Shown here piece after piece: positions 15,084-22,012 of a DNA stretch of 24,000 bases. Origin of the DNA: Paludibacteraceae bacterium (GTDB lineage: Bacteria; Bacteroidota; Bacteroidia; Bacteroidales; Paludibacteraceae); the NCBI GenBank assembly GCA_017961765.1, contig JAGCWQ010000016.1, forward strand, positions 8,916 to 32,915, written 5' to 3'. A program made the position numbers and the translations under genes. The notes under the pieces were generated by a model. The model was given only the letters and a program-made list of their open reading frames with translations. It searched no databases and had not been told where the DNA came from. The number at the start of each line of letters is the position of its first letter. The first letter of the stretch is position 1.

Positions 15084-16601
15084 ATGATGTTTAATCAGAT
15101 GTTGAAAAATAAGGCAGAAAAGAACTATCAAGGTGGCGAAGCGTATAGACTTACTCCTGAATTGGAACTCTATACGGCCGTTGTGACCTCTTCGCTTAGC
15201 AACAAATTCTACGAGGAAAAAGAGGAACAGATGCTACGCATCTCTAATCTAGTCAGCCAAGTCTCTCCTGAATTCGTAGCCAAACTCGCTGTCTATACCC
15301 GCACGCAGATGAACTTGCGCAGCATTCCGTTGTTGCTGATCGTCCTGCTCTCCAAAATCCACAACGGAGACGACCTCGTGGCACGGACAATCGAAAAGAC
15401 GGTGTTGAGAGCCGACGAGATTGCGGAACTCCTTATGTGCTACCAACTTCTGAATCCATCAGAAGGGGAAAAGAAATTGGCGAAACTATCCCGTCAAATC
15501 CAAAACGGTCTGAAATCTGCTTTCAATAGGTTCGACGAATACCAATTTGCCAAGTACGACCGAAGCAACGCACAAGTGCAACTCCGCGACGCTCTCTTTC
15601 TCGTACACCCTAAGGCCAAAGACGATAAGCAACAAGAACTCTTCGATAAGATTGCCCAAAAGAAATTGGAGATTCCCTACACATGGGAAACGGAGCTATC
15701 CGCATTGGGTCAGCAAAAATTTGAATCGCAGGAAGAGAAGACGATGGCTTTACGAGCAAAATGGGAAGAGTTGATTTTCAGCGGGAAAGTGGGTTATATG
15801 GCCTTGCTTAGGAACTTGCGGAATATGCTCAACGCCCAAGTCTCTGGCTCTGCGATGAACCATGTCGCCGACCTATTGGCAGACGAGCACCAAGTAAAGA
15901 ACTCCAAGCAATTGCCGTTCCGCTTTCTCTCCGCCTACAGGGAAATAAAAGGGATTGAAAGCGTTAACACCCAATATGTTATGTCGGCATTGGAAACAGC
16001 TATTAAGCATTCCACTACCAACATCGAAGGGTTCGACGAACAAACAAGCGTCCTCTTGGCATGCGACGTGAGCGGATCTATGAATTGTTCCATCAGTTCC
16101 AAAAGCACCTTGCAGTATTATGACATCGGCATCCTACTTGCCATGCTTTTCAAAACACGTTGCAAGAGTGTGATTTCAGGCATCTTCGGCAATAAATGGG
16201 AAGTGGTGAATATGCCGTCCGACAACATCTTGATGGCAACCGACCAACTCAAGAATCTTGCCAACAAGGTAGGCTTCAGCACCAACGGCTATAAAGTCAT
16301 CGACTACCTCATCGACAATAAAAAGGAGATTGACAAGGTGATGTTCTTCACGGATATGCAACTCTGGGATTCCGACGGACACAATACCTCCTTGCGCCAA
16401 TCATGGGAACGTTACAAACAACGGTTTCCAAAATCGAAGCTCTATCTTTTCGACTTGTGCGGCTATGGAGTTTCCCCACTCAAAATCGCCCAGCCCGATG
16501 TCTATATCGTCTCTGGATGGAGCGACCGGGTATTCGACGTGCTTTCTGCCATCGAAAAGGGGACGGACGCCATCGAATTTATCAAGAAAGTAAAGATTTA
16601 A
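15084..16601 (+). CDS. rsr: Ro60-related protein Rsr (TROVE domain plus a C-terminal vWA domain)
   Basis: The TROVE-type N-terminus is NYQGGEAYRLTPELELYTAV...FYEEKEEQ...FVAKLAVYTRTQMNLRSIPLLL. The vWA MIDAS motif is LLACDVSGSM. The length is 505 aa. Y-RNA-like elements lie immediately upstream. Confidence 0.85.
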   Translation: MMFNQMLKNKAEKNYQGGEAYRLTPELELYTAVVTSSLSNKFYEEKEEQMLRISNLVSQVSPEFVAKLAVYTRTQMNLRSIPLLLIVLLSKIHNGDDLVARTIEKTVLRADEIAELLMCYQLLNPSEGEKKLAKLSRQIQNGLKSAFNRFDEYQFAKYDRSNAQVQLRDALFLVHPKAKDDKQQELFDKIAQKKLEIPYTWETELSALGQQKFESQEEKTMALRAKWEELIFSGKVGYMALLRNLRNMLNAQVSGSAMNHVADLLADEHQVKNSKQLPFRFLSAYREIKGIESVNTQYVMSALETAIKHSTTNIEGFDEQTSVLLACDVSGSMNCSISSKSTLQYYDIGILLAMLFKTRCKSVISGIFGNKWEVVNMPSDNILMATDQLKNLANKVGFSTNGYKVIDYLIDNKKEIDKVMFFTDMQLWDSDGHNTSLRQSWERYKQRFPKSKLYLFDLCGYGVSPLKIAQPDVYIVSGWSDRVFDVLSAIEKGTDAIEFIKKVKI

Positions 16602-16623
16602 GGTGCTGTAAATCTTTACTTTT
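16590..16623. terminator. Perfect 11-bp hairpin terminator overlapping the rsr stop and the stop of the convergent small ORF
   Basis: GTAAAGATTTA (16590-16600) pairs with TAAATCTTTAC (16609-16619) across an 8-nt loop. TTTT follows on the plus strand and TTTCTT follows on the minus strand. Confidence 0.75.
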
Positions 16624-16819
16624 CATCTGACTCGTCATCGTAGTTGTTATAGAAGGAGTTGTTGTTGTAGAGATATTTTTTTATTTCCTTTTTCACCTCT
16701 TTTTTAATTTCAACCTCCATTTCTGCCTTAAGTTCATTCTTAAGTTTTTCAATGGTCTGCTTAACGGCGAAATAGGAGCCGATGATGATAGCGAGGGCAA
16801 TGAGAATAAGAATATGCAT
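16616..16819 (-). CDS. Small single-pass membrane protein with a Lys/Glu-rich helical tail (hypothetical)
   Basis: The N-terminal TM segment is HILILIALAIIIGSYFAV, followed by KNELKAEMEVEIKKEVKKEIKK. The ORF lies 33 nt downstream of the TPR gene on the same strand. At 67 aa it is short, so this remains uncertain. Confidence 0.4.
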   Translation of the reverse strand: MHILILIALAIIIGSYFAVKQTIEKLKNELKAEMEVEIKKEVKKEIKKYLYNNNSFYNNYDDESDEK

Positions 16820-16852
16820 AACCGAAAATTTTAATGTTTGACATTGATTTTA

Positions 16853-19126
16853 TTATGATTCTGACTCATATTGAATTTTATCCAAAATGAATGGCAACGT
16901 GCTTTTTTCAAATCCGTTCCTTTCCAAATAGGGAAGGTCATCGATAAAGAGGGATTTGAAGACTTTGCTGTCAGACTTTACCTGTCTTAGGCTATTGATA
17001 TAAAGAGATATAGCATCCTTCCGGTTTCCCTTACAGAGGGCAACGTGTCCCATATTGAGCCAATCATATTGGTTCCGTTCCGACTCGTCCAACTTCTTGT
17101 AGTACTTCTCGGCTTGGTCCAATTTTCCTTCGACAAAGGAGCACCAAGCAATCGGTCGCCAAACATTCTTGTTGTTGGGACTGAGATACTCTATTTTGAA
17201 AAACACCTGAAGAGCCTCTTCATACTGCTTCATCTCCAAGCGACAGTTTCCGATGGCCAACTGAATGGAAAAATCATCCGGAGCTTGCTTTTCAGCCTGA
17301 AGATAGTAGTCGAGAGCCTTTCCCGTCTCCTTGATGCTTTTGAAGCAAAAGGCCAATTTACGAATTGTCCAAAGGGAGTCGGGCTTGAGCATATCCGCTT
17401 TTTGGTAAAAAGAGATTGCCTGAGAGAAATCGCCGAGCCGCTGGTAGCAATAGCCCGTTTTCTGAAGAAGTTCGGCGTTGGCGTTATCCTTTGGGGCCAA
17501 GTTCTCGAAGAGGGAGACACAGTCCTCAAAATAGTCCTTGCTGAAGTAGGCCTCGCCCAAGCTTCGCAAAAAGGCATCGGGATCCTCCATCTGCTGGATG
17601 AAGTTGACCTTGTAGAGTTCCAACGGCTGGAACGGGTCGTCGAAATCCGCTTTCCGAGGGTGCAACTTGAAGAAGCGATAGATGTCTTGGATATACTGGT
17701 TGCTGATGGAATCCCCCTTGGGCTCAGGCAATAGGGAAGACTCGTTTTCTTTCAGCATCTCCATCTGTTCACTGTCCATATTCACGGAACTGTAGGTCAT
17801 CTTCCGATATTGTTCCGGCATCTCAAGCAAGCCGAGAGCCAAAGAGAACTTGTCGGAATTGCAGAGGTATTGGCTTTTCATGATGACCTTCCAAAAGAGG
17901 GGCAACTCGTTTCCCTCCTCAATCTTCACAATGGCTGAATGCTTATGGAAAGGCATGAACCAATTGCCTATCTCGCTGAAGAAAGGGAATGACTTCATCG
18001 TGGAGAAGGAGCTAAGAAAGACATCGGCTCCCTCTTGCTGCATCTCCGCAAATTGATGAATTTTATCGGAAAAGCCCTTATCCAATAAATCCTGCCATTC
18101 AGGATTCTTATCCAGCAACGAATTCTGGTCTTTCAGCAAATTCCCCATTTGCAATTTCTCTTGGAGGAGCGGACTGATCTTAGCGATGTCAGGGAAAAAC
18201 TCCTCTTTGAGTTTCTTGGATATTTTTTCCGTCTCCTTACTTTTTATGAACTGTAAAAAGATGGTTTTCAAGTTTGTAACCTGCGACGGGTCTTTTGCCA
18301 ACTCATTCAGTTTTTGCTGGAGGTGAGGGTAGAGTAACGTCCGCTGGTTATGAAGGTAAGCACAAAGAACCAATCCTACAAGGGCTCGCTGGCTCACTTG
18401 AGGGTCTTCGTCATGGCTACCGATAAAGAGGATATTGAATTTCCGTTCGTCGAACATACGGATGAGGCTCATCGTGACAGACGAGATAAGCAAACACTTG
18501 TCTGCAAAGAAAACCTCCTCGTTTTGAAGAATTTGGGTAGCCAACTCCTCTTCCTGGTGCTGATATTTGTCTGTTAGCCAAAACCGGTTGAAAAGCGAAG
18601 AAACCAAACGTTCGTGCTCCAAGGCATAGCCCTCCACCTTTCCCTTTGATTTCAGACTGTCCTCCAAAAGTCCAGCCAAGGAAAGATTCGTCTTATAAGA
18701 GGTTAACTCATCCATAATCTCCTCATCACGAGGGAAGGCCTTATCACGGAAGAATCGCTTTTGGCAATAGACATAGTTGGCAGAATCCTTGGTCAAAAGG
18801 GACTCCGCCATGTGGTCGGCTGCTTCCAAAAGGGAAATTCTCAAATGATTGTATATTTGTTCCTGCTCAGGATCTTTTATGCCTTCCATAACATACTGAA
18901 GCATATAGCGGTAGGTTGTTTCCAACTCCATCCGTTTTTCGTTCCATTCGCTCCAGCACCCGTTCCCCGAAAGTTGGGACAACTTATCGAACGCACTTTT
19001 TAGGTTTTTGTCATAGACAGATTGACATATCTCATTATGTATCGCAACGATTTCCTTGTGTGTCATAGCTTCTTTTGAAAATAGGGAGGGAGCACGATTC
19101 TCATACCTGCGTTCACCCTGACCCAT
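16853..19126 (-). CDS. Large TPR-repeat protein (hypothetical)
   Basis: This is a 757-aa uninterrupted ORF. The C-terminal third has repeated TPR-like units, such as AELLQKTGYCYQRLGDFSQAISFYQKA, ALDYYLQAEKQAPDD and EEALQVFFKIEYLSPNN. Confidence 0.7.
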   Translation of the reverse strand: MGQGERRYENRAPSLFSKEAMTHKEIVAIHNEICQSVYDKNLKSAFDKLSQLSGNGCWSEWNEKRMELETTYRYMLQYVMEGIKDPEQEQIYNHLRISLLEAADHMAESLLTKDSANYVYCQKRFFRDKAFPRDEEIMDELTSYKTNLSLAGLLEDSLKSKGKVEGYALEHERLVSSLFNRFWLTDKYQHQEEELATQILQNEEVFFADKCLLISSVTMSLIRMFDERKFNILFIGSHDEDPQVSQRALVGLVLCAYLHNQRTLLYPHLQQKLNELAKDPSQVTNLKTIFLQFIKSKETEKISKKLKEEFFPDIAKISPLLQEKLQMGNLLKDQNSLLDKNPEWQDLLDKGFSDKIHQFAEMQQEGADVFLSSFSTMKSFPFFSEIGNWFMPFHKHSAIVKIEEGNELPLFWKVIMKSQYLCNSDKFSLALGLLEMPEQYRKMTYSSVNMDSEQMEMLKENESSLLPEPKGDSISNQYIQDIYRFFKLHPRKADFDDPFQPLELYKVNFIQQMEDPDAFLRSLGEAYFSKDYFEDCVSLFENLAPKDNANAELLQKTGYCYQRLGDFSQAISFYQKADMLKPDSLWTIRKLAFCFKSIKETGKALDYYLQAEKQAPDDFSIQLAIGNCRLEMKQYEEALQVFFKIEYLSPNNKNVWRPIAWCSFVEGKLDQAEKYYKKLDESERNQYDWLNMGHVALCKGNRKDAISLYINSLRQVKSDSKVFKSLFIDDLPYLERNGFEKSTLPFILDKIQYESES

Positions 19127-19173
19127 GTGAATATTCAGATGCTTTGTTCAGACTTCGTTGAGAGAGTCCTGCA

Positions 19174-19362
19174 TCACCACAAATTTATAAAAAAATCAGA
19201 TATGGGACATCGCCACGGCAGGTTTTCTGTTGCCTTGTCGGCAGAGAGGAGAGATAGATCGCCTCTGTTTTGAGAAGGAAAGCGATATGGAAATTCAAAC
19301 GATGTCAAATGTACAAAATCCCTTACATTCGAAGATATCGATTCCATCCCTTTGAATTTCAT
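19174..19362 (-). pseudogene. Possible truncated HEPN (DUF86-type) toxin remnant downstream of the MNT gene
   Basis: The 62-aa ORF overlaps the MNT 3' end. MESISSNVRDFVHLTSFEF...ATENLPW loosely resembles a DUF86 N-terminal half. The ORF stops before any Rx4-6H motif could appear. Confidence 0.3.
19180..19187 (-). promoter_or_regulatory. -7 promoter box (TAAATTTG on the minus strand) for the TPR gene
   Basis: The reverse complement of CAAATTTA matches TAnnTTTG and lies about 54 nt upstream of the ATG at 19126. Confidence 0.35.
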
Positions 19363-19681
19363 TTAACAACGATTCGTTCAATCGTTTATGATTCCTAACA
19401 AGATCCACTTTTAAGCCTATAATGTCTTCTAGATATTGTTTAACTGCAATTACTCCAAATAATTTGGCTGGCATGGTTACGAAGACATCAATATCACTTT
19501 CTTCTGTTTGTTGATTCCTGGCAAAAGAGCCCAAAAGCACAAGTTTTTCCACACCAAATTGATTTTGGAGTTTATCTTTGCTTTTTCCTAAAACAGATAT
19601 GACGTCACTTCTTGTTATAATCAAGTTGATAAAAAGAATCGTCGTTTTTGAATGATTTAACCTCCCAATTTGATACGTCAT
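19295..19681 (-). CDS. Minimal nucleotidyltransferase (MNT-type antitoxin-like) protein
   Basis: The classic motif is LLGSFARNQQTEESDIDVFV (GSxxR...DxD). At 128 aa the protein is about 25 aa longer at each end than typical MNTs. Confidence 0.7.
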   Translation of the reverse strand: MTYQIGRLNHSKTTILFINLIITRSDVISVLGKSKDKLQNQFGVEKLVLLGSFARNQQTEESDIDVFVTMPAKLFGVIAVKQYLEDIIGLKVDLVRNHKRLNESLLNEIQRDGIDIFECKGFCTFDIV

Positions 19682-20080
19682 GGTTTACGTAGGTAGTTTC
19701 TGCAAATGAGGGAGCTGTTGAGGCCAGTGCGATAATTATTTAGATAAGTATGATGTTCTTTTTTATTTGATGAATTTTGTGTTGTTCTAAATGCAAAAAT
19801 AATGGAATAATAAGAAAGAGTATGCCGATTACTCTCTTTTTGTTCCTTGCTTAACAGAAAGAATAAACATAGTCCAAGGTTGCCAATGCATCCCCAAGGT
19901 TGACACCTTCGTATTCTGTGTAATGTGTCCTCCAACCATACAATGTGACATAGCATTGATACCTTATGCGCTCGTTCCTAATAGGTTGTATTGCTTGCCT
20001 ATGATTATTGTCGTTGCATGAATTTTTACAAATCATTGCATATTTTCAGCCGATTTTTTTTGTTACAACAAAAATTTTTT

Positions 20081-20088
20081 TAAATTTG
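20081..20088 (+). promoter_or_regulatory. -7 promoter box for the 20151 gene
   Basis: TAAATTTG lies 63 nt upstream of the ATG. It is preceded by the AT palindrome TTTTTGTT-AC-AACAAAAA. Confidence 0.35.
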
Positions 20089-20150
20089 TGTAGCGTCGAG
20101 GTCGAAAGAGAGGCCCCAAATTATTTCTCGAACTGAAAAATTGATACGGT

Positions 20151-20831
20151 ATGAATTATTTTAGTTTAAGTGAAAAGAACATAACTATTTTTAATTGTAA
20201 GGTTGTGTATGCAGAAACGGAGTTGGACTCTGGCTATAAAGGCGTGGAGAATGTTTCTGTAAATTTATGTTCCGGAATTGTCGAGGTGAAGGAAGGCTTT
20301 CTGGAACGGATTCCTACGTTGCAGGAAATATCAATTCCCAACACAGTTGAACATATCGGAGTGAGTCAGAAGTTTGAAAAATACCTCTCTCAAAACGATG
20401 TGCTGATTCGGGGAGTCTTCGATTCGTACGCTGAGGACTTTGCCAAGAAATATGGATTGCGCTTTTTGCATTCCGAAATACATTTGGGTTCCCTTGGGGA
20501 TTACCGCAGTCCGGATGGCGTTGATGTTCTCAATGTCTGCTTCACGAAAGAGGGACGTGCCTATATCCGCCAGACCTGCCATTCCGACCATTTTAATTGT
20601 CATTCGGATTATACTTCGCAGCTTAGCGATGGAGGGGAGAAGCGAATAGACCTTCCCGTCGATTTCTTGGATGCACTTACACTCAAAGAGATAGCAGGCA
20701 TGTGTTGGACCCGCTGTTCTAAACTGATTTTGGGCAGCGATGTCTTCCGCCAATTCTGGTTGAAGGCGAAACAAAGGATAGGAAGTCTTGACCATGAGAA
20801 TCTGATGATTAAGTATTCACGCTGTAATTAG
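20151..20831 (+). CDS. Hypothetical protein with a BspA-type leucine-rich-repeat-like N-terminal fragment
   Basis: IPTLQEISIPNTVEHIG and IRGVFDSYAEDFAKKYGLRF resemble the repeat and capping motifs of BspA/TpLRR-type LRR proteins, but only about one repeat is present. Confidence 0.45.
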   Translation: MNYFSLSEKNITIFNCKVVYAETELDSGYKGVENVSVNLCSGIVEVKEGFLERIPTLQEISIPNTVEHIGVSQKFEKYLSQNDVLIRGVFDSYAEDFAKKYGLRFLHSEIHLGSLGDYRSPDGVDVLNVCFTKEGRAYIRQTCHSDHFNCHSDYTSQLSDGGEKRIDLPVDFLDALTLKEIAGMCWTRCSKLILGSDVFRQFWLKAKQRIGSLDHENLMIKYSRCN

Positions 20832-20918
20832 ATGTGAAGGTTCGAGATAGACTGTTGAGGCAGAATCTCTTGGTTTTGAATCAAATGAATGAATAGTATT
20901 AATTAAATTTAGAAGGAT

Positions 20919-21530
20919 ATGAAGGTTTTACAGAAAAGTGTTGTGGCTATTCTCATGGCATTTGTTGCCGTTGGTTTTTTCTCGGCTTGCCAAGATGAGG
21001 ATGAGATGGAGGATAAAATCCTTACCGGCGTATGTTGGGAAGGCAAGTTGCCTATCCGCGAGAATTATGGACAAGAGAAATATTTTAGTAGATTCTACTT
21101 CTATGATGACAATTATAAGACTGGTTATGAGGAAATCTATTACCGGGGAGAGTACCAAGAGACAATGGAGTTTGATTGGTACTGGTTGGATAGGAGTGGA
21201 GCCTATGGCGTGATGGCCTTGAATTATGGTGGACGTTGGCAGTCTGACATTATTTGTATAGACATTACGAAAGTGACCAACAACTATATTTATGGCTATT
21301 ACTACACAAGTTTGGCTGAATACGAGGCCTACAAGGAGAGTGGATCTTCCAGTCGGTCTGGTACTTATTTCGAGTTGAAACATGTGGATGTCACTCCTCA
21401 TCATAACCGAAATGGAGAGCAAGACACAAATACCGACGAGGAGCAAAACCAAGGTAGAGGTAGAGGTCAGACACAGGATCAAGGAGAGGAACAAAACCAA
21501 GATTCAGAGCAAAACCAAGGGGCGGAATAA
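20919..21530 (+). CDS. Lipoprotein with a Tyr/Trp-rich core and an acidic Gln/Asn/Glu-rich low-complexity tail
   Basis: The signal peptide ends in the lipobox FFSAC. The C-terminal tail is EEQNQGRGRGQTQDQGEEQNQDSEQNQGAE, encoded by three imperfect GA(G/A)CAAAACCAAG repeats. Confidence 0.6.
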   Translation: MKVLQKSVVAILMAFVAVGFFSACQDEDEMEDKILTGVCWEGKLPIRENYGQEKYFSRFYFYDDNYKTGYEEIYYRGEYQETMEFDWYWLDRSGAYGVMALNYGGRWQSDIICIDITKVTNNYIYGYYYTSLAEYEAYKESGSSSRSGTYFELKHVDVTPHHNRNGEQDTNTDEEQNQGRGRGQTQDQGEEQNQDSEQNQGAE

Positions 21531-21601
21531 TTCTCCCAAAAGATGTTTTCCATCTGATCTTCCTTTTACAAGGAATTTACAAAAAATAATTCATTTCATA
21601 A

Positions 21602-21643
21602 CGAAGACATCTGTATGTATTCACATATAGGTGTCTTCGCTTT
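21602..21643 (+). terminator. Long hairpin terminator after the lipoprotein gene
   Basis: CGAAGACATCT (21602-12) pairs with AGGTGTCTTCG (21629-39) with one G-U pair. There is an inner TATGT/ACATA extension. The following T tract is short (CTTT). Confidence 0.5.
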
Positions 21644-21875
21644 ATATATGAACACGAACAGAATCATTTTGTCAGTTTGAAAATAGGGGAACAATCAGAA
21701 TCTGAAAGTCAATTTTAAGGTAAAAACGCTACTTGCGCCCCCAAAGCATGTGCCAATGTGAGGGAAAAAAGCATTCAATCTTAGCCCGTTTTTTATTTTC
21801 GAAACTTTTGGCAAAAACACCTTTGTTGAGTTTCAAAATATTTTGTAAATAGCACAAAAAGTCATAAAATTTGTC

Positions 21876-21883
21876 TATATTTG
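21876..21883 (+). promoter_or_regulatory. Bacteroidota promoter (-7 TATATTTG, with a -33-like TTTG at 21842-45) for the DUF3078 gene
   Basis: Both elements are present, about 30 nt apart. This implies a 5' UTR of about 120 nt. Confidence 0.45.
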
Positions 21884-22012
21884 CGACCGTTATTTTTGAA
21901 AATCCCTAATCTTCCAAGTCTCTAATCAATAAAGAGAGAAAACGGAAGGGGACAGAACAAGAATAGCCTATTCTCTTTTGAATTTGAAGTGGCAATAAAA
22001 ATAGCAACAAAA

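Noticed and set aside
5497-16601. One combined stress island linking nfo, perR/rbr and rsr
   Set aside because: These genes are separated by about 8 kb of unrelated housekeeping genes (nspC, murF/alr, membrane proteins). They sit on different strands with their own terminators. Nothing in the sequence supports co-regulation.
17045-17734. 229-aa plus-strand ORF
   Set aside because: It is antisense to the 757-aa TPR gene. Its Leu/Val-rich composition is typical of the reverse complement of a Glu/Lys/Gln-rich gene.
20331-21500. Two long minus-strand ORFs (154 aa and 190 aa)
   Set aside because: They are antisense to the 20151 and 20919 genes. The plus-strand genes have a promoter box, a lipobox signal peptide and a downstream terminator, and the minus-strand frames have none of these.
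21420-21530. A tandem-repeat or CRISPR-like array, suggested by the recurring GAGCAAAACCAAG
   Set aside because: There are only three short imperfect copies. They lie in frame within a CDS and encode a low-complexity EQNQ tail, with no spacer-repeat periodicity.
19127-21650. A mobile element or defence island
   Set aside because: There is no integrase, transposase, recombinase or flanking direct or inverted repeat, and no flanking tRNA. The only defence-like content is an MNT with a degraded partner.
21989-22012. GTG at 21989 as the DUF3078 start
   Set aside because: The ATG at 22013 begins a canonical signal peptide (MKKNLAIALLLASSAVAYA). The extra 8 residues add nothing.
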